NCBI RefSeq assembly: GCF_009834535.1
Contig: NC_045697.1
Span: 88,290,001-88,354,000 of the forward strand
Direction of reading: 5' to 3'
DNA length: 64,000 bases
Origin: Camelus ferus
Taxonomy: Eukaryota
Shown here: positions 1-12,963 of the stretch, piece by piece
Layout: each line of letters begins with the position of its first letter
Position numbering within the stretch: the first letter of the stretch is position 1
Program-made: the position numbers and the translations under genes
The notes under the pieces: model-generated
What the model saw: only the letters and a program-made list of their open reading frames with translations
Databases searched by the model: none
What the model was told of the DNA's origin: nothing

Positions 1-3000
1 ATAGACTGTTTCATAGTAAAGGAGATACAAGCATGTTTTAGAAAAAAAAAAAAAGTGTGTGTTTAAAGCTCCTGGCTGTTCCTATTTTGACTGAGCTTCT
101 TCAAGGAATGTGTGCCTTTTCTAGTCTTATGAAAAAATTACGGAAAGCTTTGAAACTATTTGCTGGTGCATAATGCAGTGTGGAGGGTGGGTGTGGACCT
201 CAAGTTTCAGCTGGAAGAAAAGACAGAAGTGACAGGTCAACTGTAGGTATACGAAAGATCAGGCAGTCTCCCCCAAATCAATACCAACTGTTACAGGACA
301 GAAAACCCAAAGCAATATTGCCACAGTCCAGGGTCGTAGGAAGTCTGACCTTAACAAAATGCAAACAGGTTATCAATTATTGTCACAGAGGTAAATTCTC
401 TTTCAATATTTGAAGGTGGCTTTAAAATTTTCTCTCTTCATTTTGCCTGCTTGTTTTCTTCTTTACAAATGTTCGAGATTTCATGTCACCTGATTATCAG
501 AAATACACTGAAATTTAAGACTACTCAAATTTAATTCTGAACATTTTAATTTTATTAACATTTAAACAATATTTAAATTGAGTCTCTAGTATTATCAATC
601 AATAGTATCTAAAATTTAGATATACTGTATCTTGCTTTATGCTTTGTAAAGAATTTTCATCTAATAGCATGAAGAGCTGGAGTAAGAGGAAATACTATTC
701 CCAGTTCATAGATGATAGAGCAGTGGTTCAGGGAGTAATAGGGAACAAAGGGCAGCAGAGCACAGATGACTTTTCAGGTCTCCTGGTAACTCAGTGCTCT
801 TTCCAACACATCGTATGCTATTTTAAAAAAAATTGAACTGCAAGGGAATGGTTTCTGTCGAGGCCTAGGAAATGTAGTTTTTGATGTTTTATGTTCCTTA
901 AGTGTTCTGCCTACAATTAACATTGATGCTAAGGATAATTTTGCCAAGAATCAAGCATGCATGCAAGAGATTTTACAATTTAGCATTTGAATCCTTAGTG
1001 GATACAATTCAGGTTTCCCATGAACAGAAAACACAAAGCCATTAATCCTTAAGTTTCACTAACAGGCAACTAACAGTACCTTATTTATCCTTGCTAATTG
1101 ATGGATTGCTGTGAAAAGGTAGGAACATGTTTCTTTGGTGTTGTAGTTTTAATGAATGAAAACACTTTCCGTTGTGAATTGGTTTTTTATTTGGTGTTCT
1201 GTTTGTTTGGCTTTGTCTTGTTTTGATAAGGGCATTGAGTGTGTATCAAGGACCTGTTCCAAAATCAGTTTACATATAGCAGCTTATCACACCTTCATCT
1301 TAGTTCTCTCCTATATTCAAAGACAACCAAATGCCTATGGGAACAGTTCCTCTCCCTGCCCACTCAAAGCCCTGTTGATGACAAGCCAGCGTCTCACTTT
1401 CTGAAACTTGTCCGGAATCCTCTGGAGCTTTTCCTGAGGAATGAAGGTCCCTGGGTACATACCTGAGAAAACAAGAGAACACTCACATGATCATCTGACC
1501 CTTCGTTCACTTCCCCTTGTGTGTCTTCAAGATAACCTTTGCCCATCTCATAATTAAGGGAGAATAATTAAAAGACAATAATAAGGAGATAATTTTCTTC
1601 CAAATCCTCTTTTCAGGCAAATCTTTTCATCAAAATCGTACTTTTTTTTTTAATTTCCTAAAGATTGTCACCCTTAAATTCTTCCTATTACAAAAATCAT
1701 TTGTTAACACTACACATTTTTTTTAATGTAAATTGTGCCCCTTTTTCATCTTCTCTATGTAAAGGTATAGAATAACTACGAAATATTTTCATTATAGATT
1801 TTACGAATTTGAAGGTACTATTAAGGCACCTTTTACTTTTTATTTTCCACATTTTACAACCTTGGTTTTCTTGACTCTTGTCTATAGACCCTAAATTGCC
1901 ACCTATTTCTTCAGCTCTTCCTTCAACTTAATATTCAGTCATGACAAATACAAAATCATGGCTCTGTCTTTTTACTTACTTTGCTGGCAATAAACAAACT
2001 ACTAAACCTCTCTGAAACTATTTCCTTAATTCATAAGATATGGGTAGTATAACTTATTTCATAAAATTTTGTAAGGATTAAATGCAAAGTAATTGCATAC
2101 CACGCACGTAGCCTGTCCCTGGCAATAAACACTTAGTAAGCAGTCTATTCCCCATAGCTCCTAGGCTGAGGGGAGAGTGCCTGGAGGGTCTGCAATTTAC
2201 AAGATATTTCTTTTCTTTTTTTTTTTTTAAAGAAGAAAGAAAACTACTAAGTTAGACTTTAACCAAAATTCATGGATTCCCAAGGAAAGGGTTTTCTCCC
2301 CACCTTCTTTGGTCACGTCCCAAAGGCTGCCTGCCCTCTGAGTATCCACTGTGATGGTGTTAGCAGGGACAGGCTCTGTTTCTCGCTTTGACTATTGGCC
2401 TTGTCCTAAGTAGGCTGTTTCTTTGCAAACACATCTTCTGATTGCTTTACACCCATGTGTTCTGCCTGCTGTTCTCATTTCCCCAACTCCTGAGCTGATG
2501 ATGTTAGTATTCTTCAAATGGAGGGCACCCTGAGGATGGAAACCTGCAGGGCAGCAGAATGAATTTAATCCCATTGTTAGTTTCTGTTGTGAACTGCTCA
2601 GCAAGCAAAGAGCAACTCCTTACAGGATGTGTTGCTCCTGAGAGTGAAGGGGTAATGAACTGTAAAACCAGATGGCTCCATCCCCTAAAGCCATTACAGG
2701 GTTAACTTCCCACAATCAAGGGAGCAGCAAGGGTGCCATCTCCTGCTGGTTATCTCCTCAAATTCCCAGGCTCACTAACTGCGTGTCTTAAAAGAACTCT
2801 CCTTTTCTTGGGAAAAATATTAAAATGTGTTGCAATGAACAAGAAAAGGAAAAAGTCTCAATTCCTTGTTGTAGAAAACTGATAGGTACTGTTTAATTTT
2901 CCCCCAACAATTCCAAAGTGTTGATACTTTAATCTGGGATGGATAGATGGAAGTTTTTGCTTGTGGCTTAAAAGAGATACAAATACAGGTGATGCTTCCA

Positions 3001-5049
3001 ACAACGTGCTCTGTAAGAGACTTCGTGCCTCTTACACGACTTTTACTGTGACTTTTTTTTCCTCCATTTAACTATGATTTTTCTGTTTATAATTTGATTT
3101 AAAAAATTCACCTTCAGTGCAGGCACAAGTTAAAAAGGCTAATAGGAACTGCATATGCCCGTTAAGGGAAGGCTCTGAAAAAAAAAAATAAAGAAAGCTT
3201 TTACTACAAATAAAAAAAAATTGAAAATAATAACCCTGGTCCTTTCTGCTTGGTACATATCCTATTTTTAAGTAATTTTTAGGGACAATGAATGGGCCAT
3301 TTTTATCAGTCAATGTGATTGACTGATAAATATTATATTATTATCAGTCAATGTGATTCTAAAGACATCTTTTTTCTCAGAACTTGGTGAAAGTGTCTTC
3401 TTCCAGTAAACACAAGAGGAAAAGAAAAGAGAAAGCTAGGTTTGTTCATTTGGTCCATATTATAATTTTTGTTTTCCTTTGGCTTTTTAAAATTGTGATT
3501 CTGTGCTAAATCAAACACAATACGAATCTTGCAATACCATTTCCATTAGAGATTGTTAGATTGTTCTCAAAGATAATGATTTCACTTATGACATGAAATT
3601 TCAAAATACGTCTTCAGAAATTTAATTGGAGGAGCAAATGCTATCACTTTGAAGAAGGGTGTGCCTATGTCTCATCTGTAAATTTCTACTTCCAGCTCTG
3701 AGTTTCATCGCTAGTTTCTACAAGTCTCAGCAATATCTTCCTGGTAATCCCCAAACAAATCACAGGTTCCCACTGAAGGACCCAACCTGGGGGTTCGTTT
3801 TCCTAAGTAGAATAGTTCAGAATATTTATTAATCTTTGAAGAGAAAGCTTATTGCTAATACTAGTTTGGCTTTCAATCTGCTTTTGTCTGTTTCTTATTT
3901 ATCTCTACCTTCATTACTGACATGGCATTTTTGAGGTATAAAATTTTGTGCTATTCTAGTCACTAAATCAAAGCATATAGTATATATCCTACAGCTAATC
4001 CTGAGTATTCAGGGGCGGAAAAGGTCTGTACACAAAAATCCATTTAGCTGTTTTGATGGAATTAACTTGTCCCCCCAAATCCATAAACCAGTAATCAGTC
4101 AGCATTTTATGAAAGAATGTGCTGTTCATTTAAACTAGTAACCTAGACTGAACACGCATAGGCGGTCTCCATAATCTTAGTCACAGTACCAGAAAAAGCC
4201 AAAATCTTATATGACTAAAGAGTTAAATAGGAACTATTCACATTTAATCATTGGTATGATTACCTAATAACTATGTATATTAAGATGATTAATACCTCTA
4301 GTGATCATCCGTCACTACAAAAGTTACTCAGGAATGAATAAGGGATAGTTATTTGATTCAAGCCAGTTAATTTAGAATATCATTTGCTAAACTTGGCCAG
4401 TGGGGAGGGGTAAGGGTGCAGGAATTAAAAGGAAAAGGAAACTAACATTTGTTTTATGACTCAACAAATATTTTACATATTAATGCCTTTAACCTTCTCA
4501 ACCTCCTATTGAAGGTATTACCTTCATTTTGGGAAAAGGAAACTGAAGGTAAGAGAGGTTGAGCAATTTGCCTAAGGTCATAGTGCTAGGAAATGGTAGA
4601 TTTTGGATTTCAAATTAAGGCTGACTTAAAAAGTTCACATCTTTCCCAAGACCTGCTGCCCAGGCAGGAAACAGTTTCACATCCTTAGCTAACTCATGGA
4701 GTTGCAACCAGGGTACGCTGAAGTGATGCCCTGATGAGTCATCTCGCCCGGCGTGGTTCCAGCCCAGCCGATGTGCAGACTGGTCAACGGGGCCTACTGA
4801 CCTGCAGGGAAATGATGAAAATGTGCTTCTAGTGAAAACACAGTATTTTAAAATATTGATCTAGAAAATAAGTTCAAAATACTGTATTTTTTTTTTTATT
4901 TCACTGGCTTTTCTTTTTGAATTGGAAGTAAACTCACTTGGTAAATAAATAAGAGGTATCCAGCTTAAAAGTCTGCCTCCACCTTGATTTCATGGGTTCC
5001 CATTCTCCTGTATGTAAGCAGAGTGAGCAGTATCTTCGTGGCCGGCAAG

Positions 5050-6250
5050 GATGGTTTCACACTGATCTTGTTATCTTTCTTATGCAGACACACGGTTCTG
5101 CACTAAGCTTTTTTTCCTCACTTGACAAAATATCTTGGAGCTCCCTTGGTGTTACGTTAGTACACAGAGAGGCATCTCATTTTTATTTGCAGTGTCCCAT
5201 GGTACAGACAGGCAGTCATTTGTTTAATCAGTCTCCTACTGATGGACCTATCTTTCAAACTTCTTGCCGTTTCAATTTTCATTCCTTTGCTCTGCTTTCA
5301 TTTTGTTTGCCAACTCTCTTTAGATTATAACAGTGCTTCAGTGAATAAACTTGTACCTTTGTCATATCAAACATGTAGAGGCATATCGGCAAGTTAACTA
5401 TAAAAGTGGGATTTCTAGAGGAAAGAGTAAATGAATTTGCAGTTTTCTTACGAAGTAAGTAAATTGCTTTCCAGAGGGATTGTAGCAGTTTGATGCCCAT
5501 CTGTGATATATGAGGATGCCTACTTTCTCATGGATTTTAAAAAAGAAGATTTTTTAAATATCAAATATGGGGATTTTTGTTACTCTGATAGACAAATAAT
5601 GCCATTTTAGTGTACTTCTTCTACTATATGTTGCACTTGATTATTTTTTATGTGTGTGAAAACTACTGATAATATATACCAACTGTGTACCTCATTGCTT
5701 TATTGAAGTCTCTAATTGCCTCTGGTGGTTTTCCAGTTGATTCATCTGGGTTTTTCCAAGTATATGATGCCCTTGCACACAGTGATTACTTTACCTTCTT
5801 TATAAACTCAACCTTTCTTTTTTCTTTTTCTTTTTCTAATTGTGTTGGCAGAACAGTATTACTAATAGTGGTGAGAGTGAATCTTCTTGGCTTTTTCTGA
5901 CTTCAGTGGGAAGGTAACTCATAGTTCTTTATTAAACATAAAGCTGACTTTTATACTAAAAAACATATTTTCTTCTTTTTCTGTAGTGTTTTTATCATGA
6001 ACTATTGTTGGAATTTCTCATGTGTCTTTTCATGTCATGAAATACATGTTTTTCTTTTTAAGTATGTAATTAAGAGAACTACCATATTAATAACTTACAG
6101 ATATTAAATCTTGCCTGAATAACCCCGCTGGCTGTGATAGAGTATTTTTTAGTGTGGTCTGGGTTTCCACTGCTGATATTTACTTCAGGTTTTTGCATCA
6201 AAAATAATAAGTGAGATCAGTCTGCTGGTGTATTATTTTCTTTTCATGTA
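5050..6250 (-). mobile_element. Highly degenerate L1ME-like fragments
   Basis: TTTAATCAGTCTCCTACTGATGGAC, AAATTGCTTTCCAGAG and TTTTGCATCA...AGTGAGAT antisense L1 motifs. Confidence 0.55.
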
Positions 6251-6680
6251 AGCGTTGCCATGGTTTGGTATCAATTTGCACAGGCAGTGCTCACTTTGCA
6301 CTATAGTGTGAAACTGAAAATGATCGTGCATACGTTTGTTTGGGTTATCTGGGTTGTGACTGGGCCATCTAGCATCCACTTTCCTGTGACAATATTTGCT
6401 GCTCTTTTCCCCAGGAAGTTTGGAGAGCTTTTACCTGATCAAGGCAGATCCTACTCTTTTGTTGGAGTCTGTGAATTATCTGTCTTCTAGTATCATTGAA
6501 AATGAAGATTTTGTCAGTGTTCATCTTGTAACTTTTGCACAATATCCAGAAGAGAACAGGCAGAGAAATTGCTGCCTTGCATTTCATGTTTAAACTAGAA
6601 ATGATCATTGGCTTTTCAACACAAAGCTAGACAATTTTATTACTTAATATATACATCTAACTCAATAATGTTGAGTTTTT

Positions 6681-7255
6681 ATTTTTTTATTTTTTAATAT
6701 ATTTTTATTGAAGTATCGTCAGTTTACAATGTTGTGTTGATCTCTGTACAGCATAATGCTTCTTTTTCACGATAAGTTACTACAAGATATTGAATAGAGT
6801 TCCCGCTGCTATACAGTATAAACTTGTTGTTTATCTATTTTTTTATATATTAGTATCTGCAAATCTCGAATTCCCAACTTATTCCTTCCCACCCCCTTCC
6901 TCCCTGGTAACCATGGGTTTGTTTTCTATGTCTGTGAGTCTGTTTCTGTTTTATAAATAAATTTGTTTGTCTTTTTTCTTTTTTTTAAGATTCCACATAT
7001 GAGTGATATCATATGGTATTTTTCTTTCTCTTTCTGGCTTACTTCACTTAGAATGACATTCTCCAGGTCTATCCATGTTGCTGCAAATGGCATTATTTTA
7101 TTATTTTTTATGGCTGGGTAGTATTCCACTATGTAAATATACCACAGCTTCTTTATCCATTCATCGCTTGATGGACATTTAGACTATTTCCATGTCTTGG
7201 CTATTGTAAATAGTGCTGCTATGAACATTGGGGTACATGTGTCTTTTTGAGATAA
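6681..7255 (-). mobile_element. 5'-truncated L1 (ORF2 C-terminus + 3' UTR + poly-A)
   Basis: ORF 6926-7129 MEYYPAIKNNKIMPFAATWIDLENVILSEVSQKEKEKYHMISLICGI is the L1 ORF2 C-terminus. T-rich tail at the left end. Confidence 0.92.
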
Positions 7256-7299
7256 GGCTCCATTAGTTTTTAAATCAAAATTGTTTGTGAATTCTTTTG

Positions 7300-7650
7300 T
7301 CACTGTAGCGACTAGAGGCTTGGTTTATGGGAAAAGTGGCTATAAAAGGAGAGTGGGAGACAGTCTCTTGGGGATGATGGAACAGTTCTGTATAGTGATT
7401 GGAGTGATTCATATACAGATATATGAATCTGTATGTGATCACATTTCGTAGAACTATAGAAAATGAAGAAAGTACACAAAAACCCTGTGAACTACAAATA
7501 AGCTCTGTAGCTTTCAACAATTGTTTCAATATCAATTTCCTGGTTTTAGTACATGTACTATGGTTATGTAATATGTTATCATTGGGAGAATTCAGGTAAA
7601 GAATACACAAAAACTCTGAAACGTTTTTGCAAGTAAAATAAAGAGTTTGC
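7300..7650 (+). mobile_element. L1MC-like 3' UTR fragment
   Basis: GGGGATGATGGAACAGTTCTGTAT...TCAATTTCCTGGTTTT...GTACTATGGTTATGTAA. Confidence 0.6.
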
Positions 7651-8246
7651 TTGCCATTGAACAAATTCTTGCTCTAATTCTTAGACTGATTTTTTCATAC
7701 AGAAACAAACCTTTTAGATATTTAGATATGCTTACAGTCAGGAACTCAATGATATGGTTTAGTCTATGCACATTCAAGGTTCATAATGTGTTTCATATGT
7801 GTTATGGTTGTATTTTCACATAGCATGGTTATCTCTCTTCACTTGAAAAACTGGATAAAAAACTTGCTTACAACTGGGTTATACACTGCTGTGTGCTATA
7901 CTGATCTCTGACAGGAGAACAGAAGCGTCTCTGTTCATAGCATGACAGATTGAAGGAGGAAATATGATCCACTGTCCTTTGAAATAATCCAAGTTCACTG
8001 TAGATTCCCCTTGTGGGGAAGGAAAAATGTCAGAATAATCGATGTGAAAAGTGGAACCTAAAACTCTTAGAGGTTGGGGTTGGGGTGGGAAATCATGCAG
8101 CTTGGCTTACGAAGATCTGTCATGTGACTGCAGCTAAGTTTTCTGAATCATTCTGTTAAAGAAGGAACTAGATGACCCAAAGCAGTGCTTCACAAGCGTG
8201 GCTGATTTTCAGAAAATACTGGGAAGCTGCTAAAGTGATTCTGACA

Positions 8247-8402
8247 GGGAGGGTATAGCTCAGCGGTACAGCACGTGCTTAGCATGCATGAGGTCCTGGG
8301 TTTAATCCCTAATACTTCTATTAAAATAAATAAATAAATAAACCTAATTAGCACCCCCTTCCCACCCCCCACCCCCCAAAAAAGAAAAAGATTACAGATT
8401 AC
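8247..8402 (+). mobile_element. tRNA-derived SINE (camelid vic-like) with 11-bp target-site duplication
   Basis: GGGAGGGTATAGCTCAGCGGT A-box, GGTTTAATCCC B-box-like, (AAAT)n AAACCTAATTA tail. TSD AGTGATTCTGA at 8234-8244 and 8403-8413. Confidence 0.88.
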
Positions 8403-10013
8403 AGTGATTCTGATGGCCAGCTGGCTTTGGAAATCATTGATCCAAGATAAATTTTACATGAAAAAAAATGACTGTTTTAAGCAGGACTATAACAACATTC
8501 ATTGCAGAGATAAATGATGTTCCCAACTAAAAATCAGTTAATTGAAAAAAATGACAGTTTTCAAACCGATCCAGATATGCATTTTCAGATCTTTGAGGAA
8601 TGGTTATTCTTATTTAAAAATTGCTCTTCAACCATTGGAAATTCTGGATCACCTTCAACTCTTCACTCTTAAGCGTTCCCTGAAGAGTGTATTTGACTGA
8701 AATATATCCTGAATAACAGCCTTAGTGCAATGAAGTCAAAATTCTCCTTGATATATTATGAAGTCCTGTGAGTAATCCATTACTCAAGATTTAAATAAGG
8801 TCACTCCAAAAAAAAGGAGGAAATACTTTGAATAAACTTCTATATGACTTTATAAGTGATTACACATTTCTTGCTTAATAGAAGTTTCATTTTATAGTCT
8901 CGTCAGCTTTCCATTGCTTAATTTTCAAAATTAGCTGAGAAGTTTTTCTTTCCCTTAAATATATATTTAAAATTGTTTAGGTAGAAGAATCTACTTGCAC
9001 GGGGGCTAACTGCTTTAAATAAATCTCCAGACTATTTTTTCTTTGGTACTAATTTTTACCCTTAAGCCATTGACATATTTTTAAAACAGAAGTCAAGAAC
9101 TGTTTCTTCAAATATTCTTGAGAGGCACATTACAAGAGAGATAATGGGCAGGATAAGCAGGGGCGTTGCCCACACTTGCCCATCTTCTCCCATTAAGGTT
9201 CCAGGCTGTCACTCTTGGCTCAGGTCCCATCCTTGTACTCTCTTCACTGCCCTGTGGGAAGGGCTGGGACCTGCATTGGCAAAGAATGTTTTTTTTTTTT
9301 TTCTCCCAAGAAGTACCTGTAAGCTTGGACAGAGAAGACATCTGTATCATGCATAGTTAGGCTCCATGGGGAAAATATTTCAAAGCACACTGGCCACAGT
9401 CTGCATCCTTCATAGGAAATTATGAAGGGCCTCCATGCTATGTGGGAACTCATACCAAAGAACAGCTCATTAAGAGCAGCATCATGGGTAAGGGCTGTGT
9501 CATTAGGCAGTGGCATGAAGCTGATCTCTTGGTTGAATCCCAAACTGAGCTCTGCCTGAACTCAATCTATTCCTGTATCTTCTTCACAAATACCTTTATA
9601 TAATTCTTCAAGGTCTACCAAACAGATGAGGCATAAACTGACAAAATGTCCACCCTGTTCTTGGTGTCATAAGTCTGCCTGATCTGTACCAGCAACAAGC
9701 GACAATCAGGGGTTGAGAACCCCCCAACATCTGCACCGTCAGCAGCACCTTGACCTCTCTGAATCCACAAAGCCCAGATCTTTCAGCTGTCTGTCCCTAA
9801 TCCCTATCCTCTAGTCCTTTTGAACTTGAGTTTTCATGTTTTTGACATTGGCTTTCTTTCCATCTTTGATTTGAATCAGACATTCATCTGTCAACGTTCC
9901 TTGGCCTCTCTCAACTCATCCTCTGACCTTGCTGGTAGACACTTCTCCTTGGATCTCTCATATTTCTGCCTATCTTGTGACATCTTTTGTTATGGACTAG
10001 CTTTTCAAGGACA

Positions 10014-10370
10014 TTTGTGTAGCAGTCTTGGAGCTAGAATATCTCCTTCCAGTGCAGAGGGCAGATTTCTTTGCTGTTCAAGATAATAAAGATGAAAGTT
10101 GGGCAACTTTGCTAGCAGCCCCTTTATAAGAACAAAGGTTTCCCAAGCTTGAAGTTCCCTAGCTGTGATGCACAACCACTGTCCATGAGCGTGCATTGGA
10201 CAGGGAGAACCAATGCAAACATGAAGCTCAAGCTGCCTCCTGTGGTTTGAGTAATAAAAGGTCCTTTGTCTCTGATCCTCTAGAAGTCTTGTGTCTTCTG
10301 CTGGCATCTATGAGACTGTGGCAGGCTTGTGACTTGTGAGCTTGCAAGTGGAGTAAAATCTCAGAGCCTT
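10014..10370 (+). mobile_element. Solo LTR, MER21-like (ERVL)
   Basis: Begins TGT..., has a TATA-like TTTATAA, AATAAAAGGTCCTTTGTCTCTGA, and a GCTTGCAAGT..GTAAAATCTCAGA end typical of MER21-type LTRs. Confidence 0.65.
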
Positions 10371-12832
10371 TTTGTATACACCTCAGTTTACAAAAGCAGT
10401 ATAGCTGGCATTTTCTAGTTGGGGTTTCCTAGCACCTTCCTAATAACATCATGATTCCTTCTTGAGAATTTTGTATTCCCTATTTGATACTATCTTCAGG
10501 AATGTAATTAGATGTCTGCCTTCTCTTTAAGAGATAGGGGCATGACCCAGGCTAACCTCACTGGAACCTAAACAGAGTAACAAAGACAATGAAAGCAACT
10601 GGCGTTCATTCATCCCAGCAGTGGCTCCCTAAACAAGTATTTCCTGCTATTTCTGAACATCCTCTTTCTAGAATCTATAGATAACTTGAACTCTGTCTAT
10701 GTCCAGGCCAGGTTCTTCACATTTCTTATGAATTTTGGGAGCTTCAGATAGTCTCCAAGTACATTTCCTTTGACTTGAGTTGATTTCTGGTTCCTTCAAC
10801 CAAAGGATTTGAACATAATCAGCCAGCATCCTGGGAAGACTAGTTCTAGCACAGAAGTTGTGTTTATGTGTGTTGTGGGCGGCCTTTTCATATAGCGTGG
10901 TCATCCTTCCCCACAGTTTGGGAATTAGAAACAAACCACCGCTAGATGCATAAAGGAAAAACATAAAACACCTTAAATTCCTAGGTTTTGCAGATTTCCT
11001 TTCTGGTTACAAATCTGTTTCAGAGCATTCATTCATTCATTTAGTTAGTATTAACTGAGCATCTCCCTTATGCCAAGTGCTGCTGGGAATATGGCAGTGA
11101 ATGAAAGAGAAAATGTCTCTTCTCCCATAGAGTTCACACTCTTATTCTATTCTATATCATATTTCTACTTTTTCTTTAAAAAGAGACTTAAAATATAAAT
11201 CCTTTGTGGGAAGAAGACTTGATTTTCTTGTTTACCACTTCCTATTATGGTGACCGTTAGATATTAAGTATCCAAGAAATATTTATTGACTAAATGAATG
11301 ACTCACACGTCTGATGAGAAGTTGCTGGCCCTGTACTATTGGTCACACCATTGTCCAAGACAGAAATGAAAAGCATTAGATCCAAAGGGAATGAGGAGAT
11401 AAGTAAAGTTCTCTTTCTATTTAAGTGAGGTGCAATCTATTAGTTTTCACTTAGTATCAATATGACAAATAAATTCTCAATGTTCAATGGACACTAAAAA
11501 TCATTATTTATTAAATGAGAATTTAACTAGAAAGTAAATATGATTACAATTTTTAAAATACTTGAAAAATACAAATAAAAATAAATGTGTGAACAGAATT
11601 TAATTCACTTTAATGAAAGAGTATTTTTTGCACAAATCAAATGAAATATAATCCTGAACTTCAAAATAAGGCAAAAATCATAGTCTTCATTGAATGTTGT
11701 TAGTTACCTCATTTTGCTTTCTGTTTTAGAACCTCTATTTTTGTTTTAAGACCACATTTTCTTTTACTTTCCATCCTGATATGCATCTTCTTCTTTTATT
11801 TCACCAATTTTATTTTATTTTTAATGGGCTATATTCCCCACTGCTCTATTTTCATTTCAGCTTCTGTTAAAATTTCCATCAAATGAGTTATTACCAGGTG
11901 CCAGATAAAATGCCTATTATTATGGCACCAACAGAACTCACCAGTGGATTCTCAGAGAAAGGAGTGGTCAGTCAGGGAAGTGATGTGTCGGTGATGTGGA
12001 GTGGGGCTGACAACCCAAATTTATTCTGCTGAATCCCTGAAAACTGCTGGTTTTCCATGATTACTAAATAATTAAAGGCCAAATGGATGTTTTCTTGACT
12101 TTAGTGACAGCTATTAAATTCTTCCAAAAGAATCAACTGAATTCAACTTAATTATCTCCAATACAAAGAGGTCAGGTCAGGTTATCAGCTAAAATCAATT
12201 GAGCAGTGAAACAGATATGTTCAAACTAATAAGCAATGAATAATTGGCTTGTTTTTCTTTTATATTCAATACAAACTGAGTGAGTACAATACAAACAGAT
12301 GGGAAAGCAGGAATAAGAAAATACATACTATTTTGTACTGAGTTCACTCCTTCTTTGAGCTTGGTTAGCCAAGAGTGTGTTTTAACAAGTGGCTTAAAAT
12401 AGCAGAATTAAAGTGTTTCTCACTATCATGCAGCTGTTTCTGAATAAAAAGAAAGTACAATTAAAAGGATAGTAATTGAACACTTACTATGTACAAGACA
12501 ATCCAAAAGATACAAAGATGAGTAAGACTCAACTCCTGTCTAAAGGAACATTACAGTGGGAGAAAAGAAGACATATTTAGCATAATGAAGAAAAAGGACC
12601 ATAAAAGGCACAAAATAAAACACGACAATAATAAAAATGAAGTGCTTCCTTGCTGGGAGATGGGGATAAAGATCAACATAAGCAAAGAAATTTATAGCTG
12701 TGAAGGAACATGGTTCTAGAAATAGCAAGTATTTCTGTGGAGCTGGGGACCAAAAGGTTTGGTGCACGTCCATTAAGGGTGGAGTGATAGAGAAAATGGA
12801 AGAAGCAGCAATGGAAAAATATGTGAAAGAGT

Positions 12833-12963
12833 TCTTTTCTTTTGGTGGGAGGACGTAATTAGGTTTACTTATTTGTTTATTTTTAGAGGAGATACTGGGG
12901 GTTGAACCCAGGAACCTCCTGCATGCTAAGCATGCACCCTACCACTTGAGCTATGCCCTCCCA
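12833..12963 (-). mobile_element. tRNA-derived SINE (camelid vic-like)
   Basis: Reverse complement reads GGGAGGGCATAGCTCAAGTGGTAG...CTTAGCATGCAGGAGG...GGTTCAACCCCC...AAACCTAATTA, the same family as 8247-8402. Confidence 0.85.

Noticed and set aside
6926..7129. ORFs with protein-like sequence at 6926-7129, 19954-20181, 39992-41034 and 46925-47227
   Set aside because: Remnants of L1 ORF1/ORF2, truncated and frameshifted.
8247..8320. tRNA-like sequence
   Set aside because: It is a SINE head with tail and TSD, not a tRNA gene. The same applies to 12890-12963.
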